A DNA stretch of 64,000 nt from Ramazzottius varieornatus (lineage: Eukaryota; Animalia; Tardigrada). Position 1 is the stretch's first letter; every line of letters begins with the position of its first letter. Shown here one piece after another: positions 13,901 to 25,240 of this stretch. The position numbers and the translations under genes are program-made. The stretch spans positions 2,435,324 through 2,499,323 of the forward strand of contig BDGG01000001.1 in NCBI GenBank assembly GCA_001949185.1, in the 5' to 3' direction. The notes beneath the pieces are model-generated. The model did no database searches. It saw only the letters and a list, made by a program, of their open reading frames with translations, and was not told the DNA's origin.

Positions 13901-15122
13901 GCGCGTACTTTCAATCTGGGCATCGGCATGACCCTCGTGGTGGGCCCAGAGTCGGTAGACGATGTGTTGTCGTTGATCAGGGAGTGCGGTGAAGAGGTCT
14001 TTGTGATCGGCAAGGTGACCGAAGGTACTCACAAAGTGAGAATAAGTGGGTTGGAGAGCGCTCTGTTGTCGTCCTACATGACATGGGCGGTAAGGACAGT
14101 CGATGACAAGGCTGTCTTGCAGAAGCAAATCCAAAAGAAAGTTCAGGTTGGTGTTATGATCTCGGGTTCTGGAACAAATATGGAAGCACTGGTGGCATAC
14201 ACAAGGGACCCACGAAACGAGAGTGTGGCGGAAGTTGTTGTGGTGATCAGTAACAAGGCGTCGGCAGCTGGGCTGGAGAAGGCTCGAAAGCTTGGGATCG
14301 CAACTGAGGTATGTTAAAGCGAAGTGACAACTCGTGTTCCGTCTTTCCTCTTCATGCATCTTGTTTCTTCTCGAAGGTTGTGGACCATCGCAAGTATGGC
14401 GAAGACAGGCAAGCCTACGATACAGAGATCAACCGCATTCTGGTGGGACATGGAGTAGAGATGGTGTGTCTAGCGGGATACATGAGGATATGCTCGAGTA
14501 AGACGAAAGTGTTTTCAGCTTTGGCGAAAGCTAAACGATAGTAATATGTTGGGTATTTTTGTAGCCGTCTTTGTGGATTTGTGGCGTGGACGATGCATCA
14601 ACACGCATCCGGCTTTGCTACCCTCTTTCAAGGGGAAAAACGCCGTGGGAGATGCGTTGAAGGAAGGTGTCTGCGTCTCCGGCTGCTCCGTGCATTTCGT
14701 CGAGGTACGCAACCGTTGATCCTATCTCACTTCCGGGTTATTGGTCCATATTAAAATCGCACTTGTTTCATCTAATTGATAACAACAAAGCACAAATCTT
14801 ACGTAACTATGAACTCTGTTTAATGTGAGGCGATTGTTATGGAATTGTTCCGGTTAAGACGCTACGCGTTTGTGCTTTGTAGGAAAAAGTGGATGTCGGA
14901 GGGATAATATTGCAGGCGCCCATATACGTATGTCCGACCACCGACACTCACGACACTCTGTCAGATAGAATCAAGAAAGTCGAGCACCAAATATTCCCAC
15001 AAGCCATGGAAGCTGTCTGCCGCGGCGACGCAAAATGGGCTGCAAGTGAAGGTGCCTGGAAAGTACAATGGAATAACTTTGACAAGTACCACAAATTTTT
15101 GAAAAATTTGAGCACTGAATAA
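10977..15122 (+). CDS. GART: Trifunctional purine biosynthesis protein GARS-AIRS-GART, multi-exon
   Basis: GARS: [62 protein letters not shown]: [38 protein letters not shown]: [28 protein letters not shown]. Confidence 0.97.
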
Positions 15123-15513
15123 TCTTTAAACCGACCAACTGCGAAACTAACTTAATCACGCCTGATACTATTATCGTAGGGAATTTTCTGACTGCTGGAT
15201 TAATTAATGAGTACTGTTTCTGTTATGACAAGTTGGAACTCTGGATAGCAAAGTGCTGTGGCCCAAGTTGACTTACGCAACGTGAACAATGAGGAAACGC
15301 TAATGAAGAGTAGCAAATAACCGGAAAGCCCGACTGCTTCCAACATGGGCCTCGGTTATTACAAGAATGTCTAGCCGAATTCCGTTAGAACATCACAAAT
15401 ATGCGGCATATGTCATGACTCATGAGGATATTTTCACGCGGCGTAAACCTGATAGCCTAGGTCACAAAACGATGTTTAGGTTTGCGGCTAGAGTTAGCTG
15501 TAACAAACACCGG

Positions 15514-15520
15514 TATAAAA
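15514..15520 (+). promoter_or_regulatory. TATA box of the secreted low-complexity gene
   Basis: TATAAAA about 75 nt upstream of ATG 15592; positional inference only. Confidence 0.45.
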
Positions 15521-15591
15521 GAAGACTGTTGTTTTTCAGCAGCATTCCATAATTTATTTCTCTTTTTATTCTTCCGTATTTTTCCCTGAAC

Positions 15592-18500
15592 ATGGCGATC
15601 AAGGCGATAGTCCTCCTTGGGGTCGTCGGAATGGCCACCGCCTTCCCCGCAATTGGTAAGTGTGCTCCAGCCTCTCTTCGAAGGACTACATAGTTTCCGC
15701 CTTTGCCCGGAATATTCTCATGATATTATTTTCTTTTCTTTCATTCCCCAGTCATGCAGCCACTGCCAGGGATGAAGCCATTCCCCACGATGTCATTCGG
15801 CAACATGCAGCAAATGCAGTTTAATCAGAACCAAGGCCAAACCCAAGGTCAGGGAGCTGCTACTGGAGAAGGCAGTGCGGATTTTGGAACTCTTTCATCG
15901 GTACAGAACTCCAACACCTTCACCGGTGCCAACGGCACCACGTCCAACGCTGGTTCTCTTGGCGGTTGCAGGTACGCGTCTCCTGGTCTTCTCACCTGCA
16001 TGGTCATATTGTTATTCCCTCTCGGATTTTTCCCTTGATTTTTGATCATTCGTTGTCTCTTCGTTCAGCGGTGGAAACTGCAACGTCGGAGGAGCCGCGC
16101 AGTTGGGCGCCCAGGGGCAGTTCCAGTCTCAAAACAACTTTGGTTCGTTCGGCTTATCAGGTAATCGTTCTTACACCCACCGTTCACTGAAAACTATTTC
16201 CTACGAATTCGAGAAATACAAGTTCTTCCCGGTTTTCTTAGGTTCCGGATCTGGACAGCAACAGCGTCAAGGCGGAAGTGGCTTCAACATTTTCGGAGAC
16301 ACCGCTAATATTGCAGCACCCAACTGGGGAAGTTCCACGGCCAACCAAGGTGCTGCAAATAACAACAACGCTTACGGAACCAGCCAGACTGGTAACACCG
16401 GTGCCTCCAGCAATAATGCTGCTCGTGGTACACAAGGTTCATCGCAAAGCCAAAACCAGAACCAGAACCAAGCCAGCTCAACCAACAGTAACCTAGGTTC
16501 TTCCGGATCTGGAGTCATCACGTCACAAGTCAATGGCAACACTGGAGCCGCCAGCACCAACAAGCAAGGTGCCGCTTATGGCATCCAGAGCCCGGTTGTT
16601 ACCAACACCAACACAGGAGCCGTCAATAACGCATACGGAAGTGGATCCACAAACTCCAACAGAAACGCATATACCAATCAAGGTACCTCGACCAACACCA
16701 TCGCTAATAGCCAGAATGCTGCTTATGGAAGCCAAGGTTCGACTGACAATTCCGACACTTCATCGGGAGCTTCGACAACTGGAGCTGCCCAGACTGGTTC
16801 TTCGGGTTCGCTTAACCAAGGTGGGCTGATAGATCAGTCGGACTGGCGATACAATATATCAAATGTATTTTCACTTTAAGAAGTTTCCAACATCGGGAAA
16901 AATAAGCCGTAAGTGTCGGCTTTGGTAAATCCGCGACGACGTCACATTCCCGATTTGCGCGCCATTTCCCTACGTTTGTAATCCAGCAGTATGACGTCAT
17001 AGTAAATAACGATGGATAAATCCGTAGAAAAATGGTCAAGGGAGGCGATACCAGAACCTATTAGCTTTGGTTTTTTGAATAACCTGAATTTGGTTTTCAG
17101 GGCAAACTCAGAACCAACAGCAGGGCGCCTATGGTCCCAGCGGTGGAGTTGTCACCACCATCAACGCCCAAGGTAACAACGGTGGAGACACCACTCTCGA
17201 TGTCACCAAGTCCATCACCGACAACAGCGGTCAAGTTCTCTCCGGTCAATCCGCTAGCGTCAACGTCCCTAACGGCGCCACCGTCGAGGTCCCTCTGGAC
17301 GTGTCCTCGATAGGTTTAACCGGTAGCGGATCGTCAACGTCTAGCCAGAACAGCAACTACAACGCCAACAGGAACAGCAATCAGGCGAGCTCGACCAACA
17401 GCAACTACAACCAAGCCTCCAACAGCAACCAAGGACTTTCGTCCAACACTAATGCATATGGCTCGAACAACCAAGACGCTCAAGACACTAGTGATAACAC
17501 TGGCTCCGGCCCCATCACGGCTACTGTTGACGGAAACACCAGAAATTCTGGGGTAAGTACTTTATAAGAAGAAGCAGCTAAAATCATCTCACTCAGCAAG
17601 AAGAACTGAGAATCGGCAAATAAATAAAGAAATAAGATGAATAAAATAAATATAAATTATATCGAATCTGGCTACTTTCGTAGGCTTCGCAAGGAGCGTT
17701 GGCTACTGGTGCGGCAAGCTCTGGAAGCCTCTCTGGTGTTTCCGAGGGAATCGATCACAGCGACCTGAGCGGTGCTGCTAGCATTGGTGACGGATTGACT
17801 CACACCGCTGGTCACAGCGGAGACTTCGGAGTGGTCACCTCGCAGGTTGACGGTAACATCGGATCCGGGGCAACCGTCGCTGGCGGTAGCACTGGTTTAA
17901 CCAGCCAGAACCAGAACCAACAACAGAGACAGAACTCCGCTTCGGGCTCCAACAGTCGAACAGTTCAATCCCAAAACCAGAACCAGAACCAAGCTCAGAA
18001 GTCCGGTAGTGGCTCTTTATCTCAGTCTCAGGCCCAGCGTCAGAACCAACAGAACAGTGGTAGCACTACAGGCAGTCAATCACAGAATCAAGCTCAGGCT
18101 CGACGCCCTGGTACGGCTGGTGCAGGCGCATCGATTTCACAAGCCCAAAATCAAAACCAGGCCCAACGAGCAGGTTCGTCCGGATCTGGCACATCGACTT
18201 CCCAAGCTCAGAACCAGAATCAGGCTCAGCGAGCAAGTGCGCTAAACTCTGGAGCTTCGTCCGCCCAGTCACAAAACCAAAACCAGCAGCAAAACTCGGG
18301 TAGTTCCGCTGTTGATAACCAGGAAGACACCAGTGCCAGCGATCTGTCCAGCCACAACAGTGGATCGCTCAGCGGAGCCAGCGCTAACAGCGGAAGCTCG
18401 AATAATGACAACAGTGGTGATAATTTCTCGTCCGAAGATAACAGCGACAATTCTGGAACCATAACTTCTTCCGTCGACGGAGACACCGGCTCTGGATCGT

Positions 18501-19433
18501 CTGCTCACAACGCCTATGGTGCCGGGGCGTCCGCCTCTAACCAGAATCAGGGCGCTCAGAGTGGAGCAGGAAGCAGTGCCGCGCTCGGTGCCGCTGGTGC
18601 TTCTGCCAACCAGAACCAGGGTCAGAATGCAGGATCTTCGGGCAGCAGGAATAAGAGCGGCGCTGTTCAAGCTCAATCTAACACGCAACAGCAGTTCCAG
18701 ATTGGTGGCGCCTCTGTCGGCAGTGGTACAGCGGAACTCGGAAACGTTTCATCTGTCCAAAACACCGCCGTATGTAAACCTGTTACATTTCTTTAAGATC
18801 AGTATAAAAATCTCAGAAGTGGAGCTTTTGTCAGCTAATTTGGCTTTGTTTCGTTATAGGGTAACACGAATAACAAGGGTGGAAACGTAGCATCAACCAG
18901 CCTCGGCCAGGGTATTGGAAAGAACATTGGTGTCAATGGTGCCGTTCAAGCTCAAGCTCAAGGGTATGGATTTTCATGACAAAAGTCGTTACTTTATTGC
19001 AATGAAAGATGGCTAAGTTTGGTGTACCGATTTTCAGACAAGCTCAAAAGCAAAACAGTGCCAAGAGCCAACGAGAAGGCAACCGCGGATCTCTCCATAG
19101 CTCCGAGTCGAGCGACCAGTCTCAAAGCCAGTCGCAGGGAACCGGCGCCGCTCAGGGACAAGGAGCCGCAGCAGAAGGCCAAGTGACATCGAACCAAGGC
19201 TCCAACATCAATACCACCGATGAGGGTACCAATGTCTCCAGCAGTTCTCTCGGGCAAGCTTCCGGCAAAGGTAACGACCAATGTTAAGCTGGCTGCTACA
19301 GAAATGACTGTCAGCTATAAACTACCAATTTGCAGGTTTGCGTATCGGAGGCTCGGTAAGTTCAAGTGGCCAGCAAGCTGTGCAAAGCCAAAGCAACCAG
19401 CTCAAGCAGCGACTCGCCGCTCTCAACCAATAA
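15592..19433 (+). CDS. Secreted Q/N/S/G-rich repetitive protein, about 970 aa, about 9 exons, unknown function
   Basis: Signal peptide MAIKAIVLLGVVGMATAFP. GT-AG introns join ORFs 15754, 16103, 17301, 17699 and 19009. Repeats SQAQNQNQAQR, NAYG and G.[IV]T..VDG[ND]TG. Stop TAA at 19431-19433. Confidence 0.8.
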
Positions 19434-19705
19434 ACTTTTTGTACCGGGATATCGAAAACAGTGGTGAAATTCAAAACGACGATAACATAAGGATTAATCC
19501 CGTTACATGTTTTGTTCGGTAATTCTACCTTTACACATTGTAAACTTTATTAAGCAACTATCGATCAGAAGTGCGGAATGGGAAAACAAAGTGTTTCAAA
19601 AAAACACAAGCAGAGCGAAAAATGGTTCACAATCTCCGCACAGTATAAGAAGAACGAGCAAGACCAGTGTATCAGATTTACCGTAAGGGGGGTCCCAGCC
19701 TTGCG

Positions 19706-20272
19706 CTAACTTATGGAATGTTTTCTGAGCTCGTTCAATACGGCTTCGGTGTCCATAAAGACATCTGTGTATCGCGGACCACGTTCCGGTGGAAGCGAAT
19801 TCCTCGGCTGTTGCTGTTGCTCTGAGCCCGCTTTTCGCTTGGGAAACGGGCATGGCTTTTTCGTTGAAGACCTTCTGTGCGCCATCACATCGGTTACTCC
19901 ACCTGTTGCGGGTTCTACTAGAATATCCGCCAGCATTTCACCTGTCTCCTTGCGTGAAGCCACCAGTGCGCCGGTCTCCCTTCGAGACGGGACGGAATTC
20001 TGTACAGGTGGCGCTGCAGCGTCAGCCATAGGCTCAACCATAACAGTTCCTCGATCAGGTTCCACATAGATCGTTCCACCAGGTGGATCGAGCACTACGG
20101 TTCGCGGCTGCTGGTGAGAAGAGTCCAGCGATTCGCTTCTCGGATGAGATCGCGCTCCCTTCTTACAGCACTTCCGGGTTCCGCCGACCGTCCTTCTTCT
20201 TGGATGCTTTCGGCGCTTCCAGCAACTGCGTTGGTTCACCGTAGGGATAGTGCTGGTCGAAACCCCCATCAT
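19706..20272 (-). CDS. Downstream overlapping ORF in the +1 frame, probable C-terminal half of the orphan coiled-coil gene
   Basis: 188-codon frame overlapping the previous ORF by 110 nt. Minus-strand AATAAA at 19546-19551 lies downstream. Confidence 0.45.
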   Translation of the reverse strand: MMGVSTSTIPTVNQRSCWKRRKHPRRRTVGGTRKCCKKGARSHPRSESLDSSHQQPRTVVLDPPGGTIYVEPDRGTVMVEPMADAAAPPVQNSVPSRRETGALVASRKETGEMLADILVEPATGGVTDVMAHRRSSTKKPCPFPKRKAGSEQQQQPRNSLPPERGPRYTDVFMDTEAVLNELRKHSIS

Positions 20273-21029
20273 CCACTTGATAAGTCGGATAGAGTTCGCT
20301 GTTGAATTCAGAGTCTGACAAGTCGTCGACAGGCCTCACTGTAATGCCGATCTGGTCGGATTTTTCCTCGTAGAGAGGCTCGTCCAACTGGGACACTTCT
20401 AGGTCCCCTTTCCCGGACTTTTTGAAAGCGGCTTTCACAGCAGCAAACTTGGCATCAACTTGGTACCTCAGTTCTTTCATCTCGGATCTTGTAGCTTCTC
20501 GAACAGTCCGTTCCACGCGTTTCAACAGATCATCTTTAAACCCATGAAACTGCTGGTCTTGAAGATCAAGCCTGTTGGTTATCTCCTGCACGTTATCCAT
20601 AACCCACTTCTTCAAGCAGGCGATTTCCGAGCCGATGTGGGTCAAGCTCTGCCTTACCGCTAAAGTTTCGGTCTTATGGTCCGAATATTCTTGCACAAAA
20701 GTGGATACCTGGTCTTCGGTTCTATTTACACGTTTCGATATGGATGACTCAAGGTCCTCGATCTCGCGTCGTCGTGCCGTGACTAACTCGCGCAGCCTCT
20801 CCACCTCTTCAGTCACCTTCTGCAATTTCCCACCAACACCTGCCACTTTTGGTTCCATGTCTTCCATCTTGCTTCGCAGGAATTCCAGCGACATGTCGTG
20901 GTTTTCAAAGTCCACGTTGTAAGCGCACGACATTCCATTTACCTTGAGGTTGCATCCGTTTCCTCGTTTATTTTGGCAGTAGGAAGTGGACGGCACGGCC
21001 TTGTTGCTTCGTACATAATTTTTGTTCAT
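20163..21029 (-). CDS. Intronless coiled-coil orphan ORF (288 aa), possibly continued by ORF 19706-20272
   Basis: Long uninterrupted ORF with a heptad-like E/K/R/L-rich segment. No recognisable family. Confidence 0.6.
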   Translation of the reverse strand: MNKNYVRSNKAVPSTSYCQNKRGNGCNLKVNGMSCAYNVDFENHDMSLEFLRSKMEDMEPKVAGVGGKLQKVTEEVERLRELVTARRREIEDLESSISKRVNRTEDQVSTFVQEYSDHKTETLAVRQSLTHIGSEIACLKKWVMDNVQEITNRLDLQDQQFHGFKDDLLKRVERTVREATRSEMKELRYQVDAKFAAVKAAFKKSGKGDLEVSQLDEPLYEEKSDQIGITVRPVDDLSDSEFNSELYPTYQVDDGGFDQHYPYGEPTQLLEAPKASKKKDGRRNPEVL

Positions 21030-21682
21030 AATAACTTACAGTATTTAATCTTCAGCTTCCTGCAATCTATTACAGTAACCAGTGGCACCGCAAAAATAGT
21101 ACATTAATCGTTGTTCCCGTACAAACCATCTTTTCTGTCTTTGGAACCCCTCTTTCGCCTGATTGGCCGTAACACCGATATTCCGTTCAGAGCTATCTGT
21201 GCGGATTTTGTGCGAACCACGCGGTACCCATGGACACAAGGAAACGCAGTCCTTGATCACGACTAGGGCATATCAAAGTCTAAACAGGATCCTGAGGAGA
21301 AACCGAATAGCCGACTGAGCACGAAGGGCCGCACTGGCCGCGCGCGTTAGTCAGCAACATCTTTCATCTCCCACATTGAGTTCGCCGCCAGGGAACCATT
21401 AGCGTAACACCAAATCAAATATGAAGAGACAATGTTCCCGCTAGTTCAGCTGGTTTATTTCAGCAAAATTAGTAGTGTATGTTAAATGCATCAATGCAAA
21501 TCTTTAACGATGAATCATGCTGGTACTTAGACATTCTATTACGCAACCCAGACTAAACAAAACACTTCCACATGGTTGGTCTTCAGGTAAGACATGCACA
21601 CAAAAAGGCTCATAAATGGTGGCGCCCCGAACATATCTTTCAACATTAAGATTTCTATTTTCTGCAGCTTAGTTCGTGAAAA

Positions 21683-22553
21683 ATGCATTGGGTTTTCGAG
21701 TTCGTCATTGCTTCATGTTTCGTTCTGCAGTCCCAAGCGGCGGACCGTAAGTACTCCACATTCAGCACCACTGGAACAGCCCTGGCTGCTGCACCCGAAA
21801 AAATCGTGTTTGACTTGGGGAATATCTTTTTGTAGGACAAACTTCTGCTCCATGCAATGACCATCCGGACTGTACTGATCCAGCTACCACCTGTCAAGTC
21901 ATGCGTGTTCCAAAAAAGGACAACGGGATATTCGGCATTGGATTACAAAAGCGATGTATTTGCACGGAGCCACTTCGAGCTGTAAGCTTTCCATTGGGAT
22001 ATGCATCGATCGCCATCCGCCGCATGGAAACTGCAGACAAACTCGACAAGATCGTGTACCCAACTGCCGCAAGTTTTATGTGTTCTTGCTGAGAGTGTGC
22101 GCCACCTGGAAGAAAAACCGATTTTGTCGAGTTTGTTCGCCGAGTACTCCGGTACTTTGTGAAACATTTGGCACTTGCTTCGTGTCGCGATAAAGACCCG
22201 CACATCTAATCCTTTCGCTGTTCTGATCTTACCCTTTCTAGCCTTGCTTCGACAAAGCGGATTGTGTCGGCATGTTCGGGGATATTGGCTTGGACTGTGT
22301 GAAGTCATCCATATGCCCAGCTCAAGAAGGTATTTCGTATTGTCGACTCACCGGAGCGTCTGCCTTAGTGATCGGCGTACCGGCTCGAAGCGGTATAACT
22401 CTGAATGCCGGTGCGCTGATAGGAGGGTGGCCTACACCTGTTGTGATCAACATCAATCCAGCCACGACAGCAGCTGCTGCCACAACGATAACTGCTGCCA
22501 CAACGACAACTGCAGTCCCAACGACAACTACAAAAGCCAGCAAGAAAAAATAA
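21683..22553 (+). CDS. Small secreted Cys-rich protein with Thr/Ala-rich tail (173 aa, 3 coding exons)
   Basis: Exons 21683-21746, 21836-21981 and 22242-22553 join in frame through GT-AG introns. Signal peptide MHWVFEFVIASCFVLQSQAAD and 10 Cys in the mature part. Confidence 0.75.
22031..22143 (-). repeat. Palindromic element copy A (intron 2 of the Cys-rich gene)
   Basis: Arms ACAAACTCGACAAGATCG / CGATTTTGTCGAGTTTGT around GTGCGCCAC. Confidence 0.75.
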
Positions 22554-23986
22554 TATCTGGTCGGTTGTACAGTAATGCTTTTACCCTATCAGTTTCCCCA
22601 CCGCCACTCTCTTTCCTGGCTGCAGGCTAGATGTTTAGAATACGCGTTTTGATCGATAAAGTATTATAAAGTTGTTTTTAGATCGAAATATTGCCGCGTT
22701 CTTGGAAAAAATAAGATCGTGCTCTTGTGGCGCCACCTGCGGTTGCACTTCTCTATGCTCCGTGAGCCGACAGCGCCAAACGTACTAAAAGTTTTGCGGT
22801 AAGAAACCGAAGGAGAAACGGTTTTATGGTCCGACAAAGTGTAAAAACCGAAAATTTATATGGCGAAATCGACCACGAAGGGACGGTTGGTGAGTTAGCC
22901 GCCACCTTCTGCAGCTGTGGAGTTAGCCACTACTGCGGCGCATTTCGCTTGATTGGGTCAGTTGGTTATCGGTTTAGGCTCTTTGACATGAGATTTGGCC
23001 TTTCTGGAGTGGACGACCGCTCAGATCCCTTGGAGCATCACTTCGATTGAAATTGATACCGTTCGACAGCCCGTTGTTTCATCTACCGGTCTGTACCGAC
23101 TGTACGAAGTTTTCGAGAGTGAGCTGCGTAGAACAGACCAAGACAGGCGCCTAACTCACCAACTGAAATATGGGGTGGCTATCTCAATAACCATCCCCTC
23201 GCACCTCAGTCAACTTATCTTAGCAATCAGCTTACAGCGAAAATTTGACCTGATCGAGATTCGAGGTTCGCGTGAGATTGGTCATTATGAGTGATCAAGC
23301 CCCCAATCAACCCATTCAGCGCGGGGAACAGCGGTTTCTGTCGCTTGCCTTTTGACGCAAAACTTCTAGTCCGTTTGGCGCATACCGCATGCAGAGGCAG
23401 AGCCGACCGCATTACGACATTTCGGTCAGTCAGGAACACGTACCAAATGCACTTTAATAAGTCACATAAAACATTGAAGGCAATGTTGAAGGAAGGAAAG
23501 TTCTCAGCGTGAGATACCGGGATATTGATACGGCGCGAGAGGGACCGAAGTGATAAACCATGCGGTTGTACACTGTACAGTCACAGACGTGCGCGGCCGC
23601 ACTACTTTTGGGTGTTAATCTCACAAGACCTGCATCGTGTTCTGAACATAGTCCTCGACTATCGAGAGAAAAAGTCTGCAAACAAGAAATGCTTTAGGAT
23701 GTTTTGCTATCTTCGCAATATGCAGAGTGCCTGAAACCATCTTTCAACCTCTGAACAACAAAACGAAGGTAGATGACAATACATATTACTGTACCCAGCG
23801 CTGAATGAACTAACATTCCTGGTGTTAATCAGCATTACAATAAACATGTTTGGCTCAATGCGGCAGAAATTTATAACATCTAGCTGAAAGGTTAGCATTA
23901 ATTTTGTTGTCGAAGGTTTTCGGATATATCTAGAAACCGAGCGGTATATGAAGTTAGCACAAATAATCAAAGTGTTACCAGCCGCT

Positions 23987-24742
23987 CTACGAATCAGTAG
24001 AATTCGACTCGGAATGAGCTTTCCGTTTATTTGAAATCAAGTTGTCAATACTGAAAGGAAGACTGGGCCGCTTGACAGGTGGCTCCGCATACACGACCTC
24101 CACTCGCGCAGAATCCTCACCACTTCCTTGTTGTTCTTCTTCCGGGTCGGGCGATAAGCTCGACTCTCTCGATGAGCCTTCATGATCCAGACGATATTCC
24201 TGCACCTGTGTAATCGGTTCACTGACGTGCATCCGTCCGCCTTTGGCTTTTCGTTTCCTCCGACGGAAGTTGCCGTTCTCAAACATCTCATCGCAGTTGG
24301 GATCGAGCGTCCAGTAGTTACCTTTGCCTGGGCGGCCTTTCTCTCTGGGAATCTTGAGGAAGCAGTCATTGAGGCTGAGATTATGTCGGATGGAATTTTG
24401 CCAGCCTTGTTTGTTCTCATGATAGTAAGGGAATTTGTCGATAATAAACTTGTAGATTCCACTCAACGTCACCTTCTGTTCTGGCGCGGCACGGATGGCC
24501 ATGGCAATTAGTGCAATGTACGAGTACGGTGGCTTCTGATGTTTGACTGGCTTCGGAAGACTCTCCAGTAAACTGGCGGCGCATTGCAGCTGATTGGGGT
24601 TGAAGGCTATAGGATTGAACAAGGGGAATGGATACTGATTAAAAGACGGAAGTCCCGACGAGGAACTTCCGGTCAGTTGTGTCGGGTACAAAAACGGATT
24701 GGGGAAGAATGGAAATCGCGGGTCAATCAACCGACCGTACAT
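23987..24742 (-). CDS. FoxL1: Forkhead box L1 transcription factor (single exon, 251 aa)
   Basis: [15 protein letters not shown]...[45 protein letters not shown] is FoxL1-type. C-terminal eh1 motif FSIDNLI. Probable ATG at 24742. Confidence 0.9.
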   Translation of the reverse strand: MYGRLIDPRFPFFPNPFLYPTQLTGSSSSGLPSFNQYPFPLFNPIAFNPNQLQCAASLLESLPKPVKHQKPPYSYIALIAMAIRAAPEQKVTLSGIYKFIIDKFPYYHENKQGWQNSIRHNLSLNDCFLKIPREKGRPGKGNYWTLDPNCDEMFENGNFRRRKRKAKGGRMHVSEPITQVQEYRLDHEGSSRESSLSPDPEEEQQGSGEDSARVEVVYAEPPVKRPSLPFSIDNLISNKRKAHSESNSTDS

Positions 24743-25129
24743 TTTTCGCCGAGAGTTTGAGTGACACTTAGGCTGTATTTCAATCATGTAAAAACGACAC
24801 AAAACTTGCAACAAGGTTTCCACTTTGACATGATTATATGGATTGAGCGGATATGTGCTCTGCCACGCTTTGTGACATATGGTCACGCCCAACAATAACA
24901 AAGTCATGAAGCGGCCAGCGAGACTTTTCTCTGGGCAGCGTTTGTCGTCATTTGTGTATGTAGTATTATTGGGTAAACGAAGCGAGATTGTTGTATTTAA
25001 TCGTCAGATCGATGCTATGCATGTTGACATTACTCAAACTTATAACATGGTCCAATCAGGCTTGAAAGTGTCTTGGCCGCGGCTACTTCTAGCCCAACGG
25101 AAGGAATGGGGGCAACTTTCCACATGGAA

Positions 25130-25240
25130 CGTGGGCAGATGACTTGAACGGGATTGTTTTCTCAAGTGGCGGACACTTCCAGCCAGCAGCAACATAACTG
25201 TTCGCCACTTGGAACGATTCCGTTCACTTCATTGCCGACG
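25130..25240 (+). repeat. Palindromic element copy C (upstream of FoxL1)
   Basis: TGAACGGGATTGTT..CAAGTGGCGGACA-loop(CCAGCCAG)-TGTTCGCCACTTG..AACGATTCCGTTCA. Confidence 0.8.

Noticed and set aside
10977-15122. GART as a bacterial purD-purM-purN operon or horizontal transfer
   Set aside because: It is a single spliced fusion in the standard animal GARS-AIRS-GART order with many GT-AG introns.
22714-22745. GATCG...GTGGCGCCACCTG as a further palindrome copy (similar short match near 26740)
   Set aside because: Only the collapsed core matches. There is no loop or outer arm, so it was not counted.
24743-24907. N-terminal extension of the 306-aa FoxL1 ORF
   Set aside because: It starts at a GTG and the composition looks like UTR. 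ATG 24742 in an AAAATG context is the more plausible start.
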